NCBI RefSeq assembly: GCF_026571515.1
Contig: NW_026852427.1
Coordinates: forward strand, 62,001 to 126,000
DNA: 64,000 nt
Direction: 5' to 3'
Origin: Ruditapes philippinarum
Taxonomy: Eukaryota
In this document: piece after piece, positions 11,535 through 24,070 of the stretch
How positions within the stretch are numbered: the first letter of the stretch is position 1
How the letters are laid out: each line of letters starts with the position of its first letter
Translations under genes and position numbers: made by a program
Notes under the pieces: generated by a model
The model's input: only the letters and a program-made list of their open reading frames with translations
Database searches by the model: none
Told to the model about the DNA's origin: nothing

Positions 11535-14167
11535 AACTGAAGGATGATCTTATTAAGTGGTACAACAAAAATCAGAGTACAGTTTCTCTTTCACCACTCA
11601 CAGATGAGTTCCCTACCCCTTTAGCTGGGTTCTACATTATGCCAGAAATTGACATACTGACTTATCTGCCAGGTGGAAGGAAAGAAACAACTAGAGTCAA
11701 GTCGTTAGAGGACCTGTTTACATTGGGTAGAAAAGTTCCACAGGAAATATACTTATCAGCAGCCGCTGGATTAGGGAAAACAGCATTTTCAAAATATCTC
11801 GCCTTGACATGGTGTCAAGCTCATCAAAAGGATGAAAATTATAAGCATTTTAAAGAAGAAGAGTTAAAGTCATTATCTGGCTTTGAGTTTTTATTTCTAG
11901 TACTATTGAGAGATTCAACTAAAGTATGTGATGTTGACGACATGATTGAACAACAAGTAATACAATACCTTCCTTGCTCATCGTCAATGCCAAAAGGTAT
12001 ATTAGAGAAAATTCTACGAGATGAAAAATGTCTTGTTATATTAGATGGACTTGATGAATGGACTCATCCTGACAATAACAAGTGTACAAAACTTCCTAAA
12101 AGTATTCCGCATCGATGTGCACGTGACAAATGTGTAATCTTAACAACATCTCGGCCATGGAAGCTTGGAATGACAAAATTTAATCACATAGTCGAAACAG
12201 TAGAGCTAGTTAAACTAAATAAAGACAATGCCTGGCAGTTTAAGTGTAATGCTATGAAAATGTTGAATGTGAAACTTCAAGATGGTGAACTGAATAATGA
12301 AGTGTATACATTTGAAGAAGCAATCAGCAACCATGGCCTTGAAGACATGGAATCCACCCCTCTCCTGTTACTCTATCTTATATGTTTATGGACTGAGAAA
12401 AAAATTCCAATAGGAAATGGCGCAGTAGAATTATATACACGCATTATTCAACTCCTTATATCCAGAACAAAAACGTTAAATGGAAAGTTTCATTCATCAT
12501 GTGAAAAGTCTCAGAGTTACATTCCTGATTGTTTCAGAAAACATCATCATTTCTGTAGTTACTGCAAGTTTCTGTTGACCATTGGGAAACTAGCTTTTTA
12601 TACATTGTTCAGTAAGAAAAAAGAGAGCAATTTAGTTTTTGATAAACATGATGCTGAAAAATATCTTAACCAAGAAGATTTGAAATCAAGCTGTCTATCA
12701 GGAATATTATCAGAAAGTAAAGTGAAAGCATTGATAAATGAAAGTTTTAAAATCTCTTTTTCACATAAAACAGTGCAGGAATACTTTTCAGCAATATGTA
12801 TAAGCTTTGAAAAAATAAATGAAGTTCAGAAAATCATATTTGAAGAGTGCAAAATTTTACAAAATATTCTAGAAATGTCAAAAGTGTTTGTCTTTATTAG
12901 TGGCATGAACCCTAAATTAATGTCTGCAATATCAAGTGATTTAATGCCTGTGATAAACAATGATAAAATAACAAGCAAATACAGAACTATGACAGATTAT
13001 GAGTACATGTACATTAAGCCATTAAAAGACATACAAGACATGTACATTTCTTGTAGCAAAGAAGGAAAGGAAAACAAAGACCATAAATTGTGTTTACAAG
13101 ATTTCATCATTAATGAAAAATGTCAACAAGAAAACTACTTCAAACAATTACAATATTTGTGTCAACAAAATAAAGAAGACATCAAATCAATAATGATACA
13201 AAATATGGGTATTTGTGGTCTACAAGAAGTTATTAATTTGTTTACACTTTCTGACCATCCACATATAGAGAAATTATTCTATCAAGGTGAAATTGTAGAA
13301 GAGGAAATAATTAGCTTGTTATTGAACCCTTTAAAATGTTTAACTGTGGTATCATGTAAATGGGAAAATCATCAATTTTTAGAAGAATATTGCCAGCTGT
13401 CTGCAGATCGGATAAATGGAGGACTAGTAAAATTACAACACCTGGAGTGTTTATGTATAAGCTATTTCACTATGACCCACGAGGTAATGGAGACATTGTT
13501 AAATTTCCTCACTAGTAAAAAATCAATGAAAGAAATAATAGTGTACGGTTTAAACTGTAGTGATCATGATACTTCATGTAGGGGATTCAACCTTGACCTG
13601 TCTCAACATTCACAACTAAGACGTTTAGGATTGAACTGTATACCTGTGTCACAATTAAACATGGATGTATCGTTGTTAGAGGAAGGTGGTGTAGGTAAAT
13701 TATATAAACCTGGTGTTGTGTCATCTTATCTCAGTCAACTACCAGCAGCCAGTAAACTACAAACATTTAGGTGTAGTGATCTAAAATCTTCCAGTGACAT
13801 AGAAACAATGTTACAAACATTACCATTGTTATATCATGTGAAATATGTACAGTTGTTTAGTATGAATCTAGGTGAAAGATCATTAACACTGACACCTCAA
13901 ATGATCAATATTGAACGCGTTGACTTGGAGGATATAACAATGTCTTGTTCAATGTTACATGAGCTTATTACTGTTATAAACAAACTACCACATACAGTGA
14001 CAGTATATATGCAAGGTTGTGATATAAAACCAGAAACAGAATTTGAAAACTTTAAAACATTTATAAAACAATCAGACAATTTTGTGGTCATCAGTGATGG
14101 CACCTTGAAGTCTGGAGAGTACCTGTTTAAGTTTATAACAACAACAAGACTGAGTAACCTTAAATGA
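11535..14167 (+). CDS. NACHT NTPase + winged helix + degenerate LRR region; last coding exon of an NLR-like protein
   Basis: ORF 11435..14167; acceptor tttcttcttttttcAG ends at 11534; Walker A AAAGLGKT, Walker B CLVILDGLDEW, sensor-1 VILTTSRP, TPLLL motif, winged-helix FSHKTVQEYFSA, LxxLxL-like C-terminal repeats. Confidence 0.92.
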
Positions 14168-15739
14168 ACTTGGGAGAAACAATTTATAAATAGATTATGA
14201 GACAAGTGACAGGTGAAATAGACATCATTTTTTATTATTATTCAAATATTTACTGCAGTGGATAGATAAGGAAAAGTTTGAAATATGTACACATAATTAG
14301 ACAACTTGGACTATTTTCTGGAAGTGCTATAGATGGACTGATGTTTCTGGATATAAAAAGTAAGTTATCTTTTATTTATTTTAATATTCTTTATATATTA
14401 GTATTATTTTGAACTTGGCGAAACAATATTTTTTATAAGTCTATAATCGTTTTTTAATATTTAAGTGTCAGACATTTAGAAGTCTTTATTCTTCAAGAAT
14501 AAACTAGATTACTATATGTGTGTAGTTGTGTCTTACTTGCATATTATACACTTCATAAATTAATAATGAAATAATATCTTTATTTGCGCTTGAAAATTAT
14601 TTCATTTCTTCACCATGGCATGATATATTTTAATGGGAATCAAACTTTGAAGAATTTACTAAAATAGGTATTCAATGTCAATTTAACATTTTCTCCATGG
14701 GCATATTGTGAAAAATGGCCGTTTTCATTGAAAAGCCTCCTGTTACAACGTCAAGTTCAAGCTGCTACAAACTATGACAAATGCTTCCAAAACTGATGAA
14801 ACTTGGCAAAAATGTTGACTGGACCATGTCCTCTGTAACAGCATATTCAGTCTAACATTTCCTGTTACCATGGTAACGGGGAAATGACTCAAAATTGCCA
14901 AAAATCACTCTTTTGCATTGTTTATTTTTCCATCAAAACTGATTTCAAAGTGCTGCAACTTCCAAATGAATTGAGATGGAGTGAAAGGCTTTACAGCATT
15001 GGTAACATGTTACCTTACGATCCAAAATTTTCTTGACGATGTGTGGGGCTGCCACCCCTGCATACTCTGAAACAAAAGGGGCACACACCCCTTCTTGCAA
15101 CCTCTTGATGAACCTTTTTTATTGGGGGCGGCACCGAAAATGTGATCAAAAATGGGGTCAAAAAGCCGTCAAATCACGTCTATATGAGGTAAAGGATTAA
15201 ACAATTACTTTTAAAGCCCATTTCACCCTGGATGAACAAGTTTTTTCACGTGACCACAAATGCAAACGCCGATTTTACATTTCAGCAATTACGGACCCGA
15301 TTTCAGGTAATTATTTGAAGATATCTTTTTTTCTACTGCATCCAAAAATTATGACCAAGACCTTAGGACCCGGCGTTCATTGAGCTTTTATTTTATGTAT
15401 GTAGTTATTGCGAGGCTTCTGTGATTTTTTAGAACACTTCGACACAAATTTTCTTTTTGGTAGGCAAACGCCGATAAGTTTTACCTTTTCTAATCTTTTT
15501 TGTTCACTGGACACCTATGTTGAGGGAAAATAATAGAAGATATATGTTTTTTACAAGTAATTTTCGTACCTAACTTATTCATAATTTTATTAGCAATGTT
15601 ATATTCGAGATAAACCCATGTTTTTCACTTGTTGTCGATTTTGCAAACGGCGTTTGATTATGTAAAATGAAAATGGGCAAACGTCGGTTGGTCATTTGAA
15701 ATATATGCAATCACCCGTTGATGTCTGTTTGAACGCTGA

Positions 15740-16830
15740 ACTATATTTGTCTCATTTCCAGAGTTCTTCATCATATTAAACAATTTCATTGCAAACTGAT
15801 TCTAATAACATTCTGGCCACTACGCCCAAGGTTTCCAGATTTATTGAATCTGTCGGAAGCTCATCCGTTATGTCTTCCATTGGTTACAAACGTGTTACAA
15901 CAACCAAAATCTCAGATATGTCATTCAAATCCAGGTGTTCTGAAATTGACTGCATGGTTGCTATCGACAGACAGTTTAGAGAAAAAGGTTTTTTCCAAAC
16001 TTCTTACAACCAGCTTGAGAACTGGTACTCAGAAAGATTACTCCAGTAAATTAAGACAATTTATGATATGGTGTCGTCAAAAGAATATTGATTCCTTCAC
16101 AGCATTCTTAAATACTTGTGCTGAGCTTTTATCAGATTTGTGCAATAAAGGTTTACAGTAGGTTACCGCTCTATTTTATCTGCAGTTTTACCTCCAGTAG
16201 ATAGCACACCTATTGGTCAACATCCGTTTGCTATCAGATAATTAAAAGATTCAATTTAAAGAACTCCTGTAACAAAGTTGTTGCCTGAATGGGATTTGCC
16301 TAAAGTTCTTAGTTCACTACAAACATTTCCTTTTGAACCTTTGAGAAAAACATCAATTGAATTTTTAACATATAAAGTTGTTTTTCTTACAGCTATCACG
16401 ACATTCAGGGGAGCCAGCCACCTTCAAGCGTTAACATTAAGAGGATCTATTTCTGTGAAGGCAGATGGGGAAACTTTTAGCACTAAACAGGATAGACCTG
16501 GTCATTCATCAGCAAAAATTTTTGTACCAGCTTTTAAGACCATCCAAGAAGAGCATTTGCTATCTATCTTAAGAGAACTAAATCCTTCAGACGTAAAGAT
16601 TAAACAAGTTTATTTCTGACAAATAATGTACCTCATTCTAAAGCTTTTTCACAAACTTTGGCTTCATATGTTCTTAAAACTATTTAAGAGGCTTATGAAG
16701 ATAAACATAAAAACGAAACAGCACATTCTAGAAGAGCTTTAGGTCCAAATTCTCAACGCTGCAGATTGGTCAAAAGAAAACACCTTCGTTTAATTTTATT
16801 TGAAACAAGTAACTCCAAGTGATCTCAATG
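15740..16830 (+). pseudogene. Decayed DIRS-type retroelement fragment: methyltransferase-like pol C-terminus overlapping a tyrosine recombinase
   Basis: ICLISRVL..LILI..WP.RP.FPDLLNL...LKLTAWLLS (DIRS MT-like); TQKDYSSKLRQFMIWC, GYRSILS, IGQHP, WDLPKVL...PFEPL, LTYKVVFLTAITTFR, AHS.R, AADWSKENTF (DIRS YR); multiple stops and frameshifts. Confidence 0.85.
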
Positions 16831-17111
16831 TGTAGTTCAACGTCGCTGTATAGTTCAACCTAAGAAGATGGATTTTTTTCTACATTTTTAAATCAAAGTT
16901 TATTCCCGACGGATTTTGTGTGGAATTGATTTTTGAGAAGATTATATGGTTGTATGTATACATGTAGGGCCTATATATGGGATATACAGAAGTTTTATAA
17001 AAGTTTGTTATTCAAGAAGAAGAATGTTTTAAAATATAAAAGGAGAAAAGAGAGAAGTCTTTTGTTCAGAGAATTGTAATATTTGCAACTTGACTTACAT
17101 AACCACCGGTT

Positions 17112-17921
17112 TATAAGAATCTTACACCGGCTGCCGGTACAGACCGGAATATCTGTCGAGTTTCCGCTTAATAGTTTCCTGAGAGCTAGATATTCCCGTC
17201 TGTACCAACAGCCGGTGTTTGATTCTTTTTCTTGCATATTACATGTCAAATATTTTCGGAACAGAAATTATGAAAACTGATGTATATATATCGCACTTTT
17301 TTCTTATAGTAGCGTATGAAAATACAACTTCATTCATAAAGGAAAAATGACGTCATCCTAAGAACGCGATTCATTCATTAAAGGCGCGTGTCAATGACGT
17401 CATTTAAAGCACGCAACTAGTCTTACGTGGGGGTGTAAGACAGAGATTTCCAGCACCGGTGTAAACGGTAGATTATAAGAATCTTACACCGGCTGTCGGT
17501 ACAGACCGGAATATCTAGCTCGAGGGTAACTGTTTACAGCGGTGACGAGGCTCTGCCGAGTTTCCGCTAAACATGCAGTTACCAGAGAGCTAGATATTCC
17601 CGTCTGTACTGACAGCCGGTGTTTGATTCTTTTTCTTGCATGTTACATGTCAATTATTTTCGGAACAGAAATTATGAAAATTGATATTCTCATTACGCAC
17701 GTTTTTCTTATAGTAGCGTATGAACATACAACTTCATTTATAACGGAAAAATGACGTCATTTTAAGACCGCGATTCATTCATAAAAGGCGTGCATCATTG
17801 ACGTAATTTAAAGCACGCGACTTGTCTTACATGGGGATGTAAGACAGAGTTTTCCAGCACCGGTGTAAACGGTAGATAATCCTGTCTGAGATGCAAGAAA
17901 ATCCTGTCTGAGATGCAAGAA
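17112..17921. mobile_element. Tandem pair of hairpin-containing nonautonomous elements (Crypton-like)
   Basis: Direct repeat units 17112-17473 and 17474-17877; long hairpin ACACCGGCTG...GATATT...CAGCCGGTGT centred on GAGGCTCTGCCGAG; TTCTTGCAT/ATGCAAGAA inverted pair. The Crypton label is inference. Confidence 0.65.
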
Positions 17922-19822
17922 ATATTATATATCTAATATGTTCAACCGGCGTTTGCATATTTTACATGTTCAAACGACGTTTGCAAATTAGACAATACGG
18001 GGAATGACATGGGATTACGTCAAATATAACTTTGTTAATGGAATTATAAATGAGTTAGGGACGGGAATGGCATGTAAATGACATATCCTCTATTATTTTA
18101 CCTCAACGTGTATTTCCAGTGAAAAAAAAATCGTAAGAAAAAGTAAAACCTATCGGCGTTTGCTTTGCGAAAAAAACATTTGTGTCGAAGTGTTCTAAAA
18201 AACTACTAAAGTCTAGTAATGACTACTCACATAATATAAAAGCTTAATTTACGCCGGGTCCTACGGTCTATGTCTTATTTTTGTGCTCGCATTGGGAAAA
18301 AAAGATATCTGCAAATATTTGCTGAAATGTTAAATCGGCGTTTGCATTTGCGGTCACGTGACAAAACTTGTTCATCCAGGGTGCATTTGAAGAATTTATA
18401 AGAGGTTGGGCAGTTTAGCTCAATTCCTTTATGAGGGGTGGATTCTGGGCCTGGGTGAAAATAATTGAATCTTAACCTAACCATGTGGTTCAAAAAAATT
18501 TACCAAATTACAAATTTCTACATTCTTCCGGACATTTTAAGACTTTTACCGGTGCAAGGCTGTCACATACTATACTATACTTGGTATAAATAACTGTACA
18601 TGACTGTGCATGTAAATATGTCATTTCGTCCTGACTGCAAACATGAAATAATATCCTAAGTAAAAACATGCACTGGAAATTATTTTATTTTTCCCATTAT
18701 ATTTTAATTGGGGGTCAAACTTTTAAGAATAAACTGAAATAGATTTACATTCCATATCAATTTAATCAATAATTTATCAGGTCAAGTCTGTTGGGAAGAT
18801 TTATTTTTTAGATTTTTAAAGGGGGTGGGTTAGGTTTCTTTCGGAGGGATGGGGTATGTGGGTAAATACGTCCTCCACAGGAATATTAATAAATTTTCAT
18901 ATTAAATGATGGCTTCTGGTAATTTTCAGGTACAAATTTTAATGCAAGTTTTCCCCCAAAAATGTTCAGACTTTAACAAATGCAAAGCTGACTACTATTT
19001 TATATAAATAAGAATAATTTCTGTTCAATTTGCATTTCTAAGCCCTTATGGAATGCCAATTGGCTTATCATATAAATGTAATACATCTATGTTCAAGTTG
19101 TCACTATTATTTATATCTAAATAAAAGAATATTTGAACCACAATAAGGCACTGCAAAATTTATTGCTGGCCAATTGAATATCTTTAGCCCTCATACACAT
19201 GGAGGCGGTGGCCCAGTGGTTTAAAAATGTGACCAACGTGATGAATAATTTAAATATAACCTTGATCTGTAAATGACCATGACTGTTAAGGTAAACAATA
19301 GTCTAATATAACTAATTATATTGTGTGCAAGAAAATGATATTTTTAGGTTAGTGATATTAACACAATATTCTTTCGCTGATGGTTTTGACTGTCCTATTC
19401 GTCTAAAATGCTATGTCTAAAATGTTGATAATTAATAGACAAATATTTCTTTCTATATTTCAGATCATCCTCCCAGCCTACTTCAATGTTTATCAGCAGA
19501 CACAATTCCAATTTGCTAGACACTATATCAATGAGGTGATATCTTTACAATCCTGAAAGAGAAGAGTTATAACATTATAACTTCACAGTTCCATCAACCA
19601 TCATTGGAAATAAATTAAATGTCATACATCACTTATTCATGTTAACTACCAAACAACGCATATAAATCAACTGTTTATTAATGCTAAGTCTGAGCATTTT
19701 TCAAACTGGATTGTCATTATCTTTAAGTACTTTGCTAACAAGGAATTATTTGTGATTAACCTTTGATGAACACCTAGCTCAAGTTTAAAAACTGTTGTCA
19801 CCATATATTGTAATTGCTTTAA

Positions 19823-20205
19823 AGCAGCACGCCTCCAGATTCATGTTAAATTTCATGAAAATTTTGATAATGTATTTGACAGTAAAATATTGTTAGGTGA
19901 ACAAATAAAGTTGTTTACATATTGCAATTGGCACTTACAATCCATGCAAATAACCAAAAGAGGTCAAAATGTGCAAAAAAGCCCTTACTGCGTTAGTAAC
20001 GCAGTAGAAATATGGTGATAAAATACTGCGTTAGTAACGCAGTAGAAATATGGTGATAAAATACTGCAAAATCAGTCTTAAATCGCAAATAACATGTAAA
20101 CTTTAACATTGATCTTGATTGTTTTTACCTTTCTTGAAATATTAGTACATTTTTCTCAATTTTCATTTTCTTGAAATATTTTGGCTCATCTGGAGGCGTG
20201 CAGCT
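19823..20205 (+). mobile_element. Kolobok-type MITE with internal ~38-bp duplication
   Basis: TTAA TSD; TIR AGCAGCACGCCTCCAGA / TCTGGAGGCGTGCAGCT; palindrome TACTGCGTTAGTAACGCAGTA present twice. Confidence 0.9.
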
Positions 20206-20493
20206 TTAATTCTTATTTCACTAGTACTTAGTTTTATTATCAGCATCATATTCCGTCGTTTTATATATCCATTTTGTTTTGTGACTATTGGAAGTATATG
20301 GTGAACTGTCCTCATTTGCATCCAGATTAATTGTTAGTAAATTGTTTATAATAATTTCTTTATCTTTTAATAGAAATTCAAACTTACAATCACCTGATTC
20401 ATAATAATGATTTGATATATAAACTTTTCTTCATTACTTCAAGAATGATCCTTCCCTGAAATTTCAAAACCAAAAAATATATATATTCCTTCG

Positions 20494-21200
20494 TTATTAT
20501 GCTCTCCGAAAAATTTCGGGGCAGCATATAGTCGTCCGTCAGTCAGTCCGTACGTACTTACGTCCCGAATTTGTGTCTGGCCCATAACTTTGTTATTTGA
20601 GGTCGGATTTTAAAACTATTTCACAGAAATGATCACCATGTTGAGATGACGTGTCGCGCACAACATTTGCGTCGCAACCTTAAAGGTCAAGGTCACAGCA
20701 TGACCTTGCAGCAAAATCGTGTCCGGTCCATAACTTCGTTATTTGACATCAGATTTTAAAACTATTTCACAGAAATGATTACCATATTGAGACAACGTGT
20801 GGCGCGCAATATTTAAGATGCTACCTTGAAGGTCAAGGTCACAGCATGATCTTGCAGCAAAATCGTGTCCGGCCCATAACTTTGTTATTTGAAGTCGAAT
20901 TTTTAAACTCTTTCACAGAAAAGATCACCATATTCAGACGACGTGTTGCGCGCAACATTTAGATCGCTACCTTGCAGGTCAAGGTCACAGCATGACCTTG
21001 CAGCAAAATCGTGTCCGGCCCATAACTTTGCTATTTGAAGTCGGATTTGAAAACTATTTCACAGAAATGATCTCCATATTGAGACAATGTGTCGCGCCCA
21101 ACGGGTTGCTACCTTGAAGGTCAAGGTCACAGCATGACCTTGCAGCAAATTTGTGTCCGGCCCATAACTTCGTTATTTGAAGTCGGATTTTAAATCTATT
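20494..21200 (+). mobile_element. Helentron/HINE-type element with ~146-bp tandem core repeats (4+)
   Basis: 5' hairpin CCGAAAAATTTCGG, (GTCA/GTCC) microsatellite, units starting GTGTCCGGCCCATAAC at ~20573, 20720, 20865, 21011, 21153. Confidence 0.8.
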
Positions 21201-22039
21201 GTTCGGTAAGGAACTAATTTAACACTTTAAAGATATACTTTATCGTCACTTATATCTTATGTAAGGTTTAAAACTTTAAATTAGCACAAACTTTTAACTT
21301 ACCTGAGCAAAACATGCTTCAGGTGAGTTATCGTTATACCTCGGTTTCTGCTGTCCCTAAGCATTAACATTTTTACTTAAACAATACCTCGATTTGAACA
21401 GATAGTGATGAAGCTACACATGCATTATTAAAAGATAGACTGTTTTACAAAATTGTTACAAACTGTTCTGGTCTGTTCAACAAAATGACCATGCGTTTGC
21501 GCGAGCCGAAAAACAGAATATAAGGTTGAAGTGACATCTAGTCTTCATTTACCTTTCTTTTACTCAATTTGCTAAAGTTGTTTTAGTCTGCTTAACAAGA
21601 TAGCCGCCATTCAATTTTAAAACATGTCAAATTACTCTTCATTAAACATTTGTGTTCAGCATATTTAAAACAAGGCTTTAAAAAATTATGGAAGGCAGAA
21701 TTACTTGTGTTTCTAGAATTATTAAGGAGTCTAGAGTTTTTGCTTCGTGACAGAAAACAAAGATTTTCTAGAAATTGTGAAGTTGGGGCGTAAATTTCTT
21801 TTATGAGATGCATTACCTTCCATAACCTTTAAGCAAAGCTGTTCTACATAAAATGCATCAGAATAATCTTAGAGTTGAATTTAAAAAGAATACCATAATC
21901 ATAATAGTCTGAGAAAATTCAAACGCAATTGCTGTCTGTATAAAACATAAAATCACACCATTTGTAATATATGTGAGACATTTGAATATAAGCATACATG
22001 AACCATTTGTAATATATACCTAAGACACTATTATAATGT

Positions 22040-22635
22040 TGTATAGTCTACAAATATGGACTTTTTAGCTGATGAATATGAGAATATGATGTGATATGTA
22101 CTGAAAAATAATATTAATAATAATAACTAATAATATTATTTTTTCAGTACATATCACATCATAATATTCACCAGCTAAAAAGTACAGATCTGTTTTATCA
22201 TATAATTTATAAATAGCTTTTATATGGCTTATTAAATACTCGATTGCCTACGACGGAAATCGCAATTTTTCAGCTTGTCTACTTTCCTTTAGTCTTTTAA
22301 ATGAGCGCATTAGCAAGCATATTCTTAGTGTTCTTAAAAATGTAAAGGCGGCGTCTAAAATAGAATTGTTTGACTCTTACTTATGAGTCATCCAATGTTT
22401 TTGTTGCCTTTTTTTCAAAATAATATATTAAACTTGGCGTGATGTCACGTTATAGTCTCGCGTCTTTTGGGGGATTTCCAGAAAATCTAATTTTAGAGAA
22501 AAAAACGGTGAAATTCAATATTCTCTGAAAATCTATTTTTAGGGAAAAAACAGTGAATATACTCTTATATTGACCTCTTATTTTTTACCAATCAGGGAAA
22601 TGTATTTCAAAGCTATTTATAGATTATATAATAAA
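22040..22635. mobile_element. Hairpin-type nonautonomous element (Crypton-like)
   Basis: Long palindrome 22060-22183 plus a second inverted pair TATAATTTATAAATAGCTTT (~22200) / AAAGCTATTTATAGATTATA (~22610). Confidence 0.6.
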
Positions 22636-22879
22636 CATGTATGTACCATTTGTTATTTATATCTTAGACAATGTAAAATATACATGATTTATTATGAATC
22701 ATTTGTTATATAAATTAAATATCAGAGGCAATGAAATATTAAAATATAAATATGTTATATATATAAGACACTGTAATACATACATGTACATTGTGTAATA
22801 TTTATCCTGGACACACATACCATTTTGTAATATATTTCTGAATCAGTGTAATATATACATGAACCATTTACAATTAACT

Positions 22880-24070
22880 AGAAAATGCTAAGAGTAAGGA
22901 ACTTCAAACTGTGTATGAGGGTTGCTCATCCCCTATTGATTTTGGGTCAATGGGGTCCTTGTAAGCAAAAACAGTTTACGATCCATAACTTGAAAACCCA
23001 TGGGCTGCTAGCCCTCAGTCTTTGTAGGTACATTTATTTTGGCACGTAGATGAATCCTATTGATACTATGATCTAGGGGTCAAATGCCAAGATCATATTG
23101 TATGTATTCCGATCAATAAATTGACAAACCATGGGTTTTGGCCCTCAAATGTCATAGGACTGGGTACATTGTAGATGACACCTATTGATTTTGATGTCAA
23201 GGGTCAAAGGTCAAGGTTACACTGACCTTGTAGGTAAAAACAGTTTCCGATCAATAACTTGACAACCCATGGGCTGTTGGCCCTTAAACTTTGTAGGTAG
23301 ATTTGTCTTGGTAGATGACCCCTATTGATTTTGGGGTCAATAGGTCAAAGGTCAAGATCATATTGACCTTGTAGGTAAAATATACGATCAATAACATGAC
23401 AACCCTTGGCATTTAGCCCTCAAACTGCAAAGGTCCATTTGTCTTGGCCAGTATGTCAAGGTCACATTGACCCTGTAAGTCAAACGGTTTCCTATCAATA
23501 GCTGAACAATTCATGGACCATTGGCCTTCAAACTGTACTGATGCATTGCGTTTGGTCAGAAGGATATTTGGGGTCAATAGGCCAGAGGTTCAGATCACAT
23601 AAACCTTTAAGGTAAAAACGCCTTTTGATCAGAATTCCAACACCTCAGTTGCCCTTAACCTTCAAACTTTACAGGTACATTGGCCTTGACAAGTAGACAA
23701 CCCCTATTGATTTAAGGGTCAAAGGTCATAGTTACATTAACATTGTACGTAGTAAAGGTTTCTGACCAATAACTCAACAACTCAAGTTGCCTTGGTTGAT
23801 ATTTATTCAAACTAAAAATACTTCTGGTATATTAAGAAGGCCTACATGATTCATAAAATATATGCATATATTTTTTGGTAAGATTTGTGATAAATGTGTC
23901 ATAAAATTGCTGCACACAACCTTTACGGTTACAATTACGCTATGACTAGTTATGACAGTAGATAATAATTGTTTGGTCACTAGGTCAAAAGTCAACATAA
24001 CATCCCAATAACCTGATCACATGACTAATTGGCTGCCAATAGGGGCATACATGTTTTACAAACATAGCAT
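22880..24070 (+). mobile_element. Second copy of the 7200-8335 Helentron/HINE-type family
   Basis: Same core units and same tail (CTGACCAATAACTCAACAAC...ATAGGGGCATACAT). Confidence 0.75.

Larger units (their letters stand above)
15224..18383. mobile_element. Nonautonomous Transib-like (RAG-transposon superfamily) element with long inverted arms and internal cargo
   Basis: Termini CACCCTGGATGAACAAGTTTT / AAAACTTGTTCATCCAGGGTG; 5-bp TSD CATTT (15219-15223, 18384-18388); arms ~15224-15700 and ~17930-18383. Confidence 0.85.

Noticed and set aside
13897-14205. 102-aa antisense ORF over the NLR 3' end
   Set aside because: Shadow ORF with no recognisable motif.
15224-15262. True V(D)J recombination signal sequence
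   Set aside because: Heptamer is only 5/7 and no ACAAAAACC nonamer at 12 or 23 bp spacing.
15224-18383. Inverted arms as the ITRs of the DIRS element itself
   Set aside because: DIRS elements generally lack TSDs and would contain gag/RT/RNase H between their repeats; here there is a 5-bp TSD, CAC/GTG ends and only the 3' pol/YR fragment.
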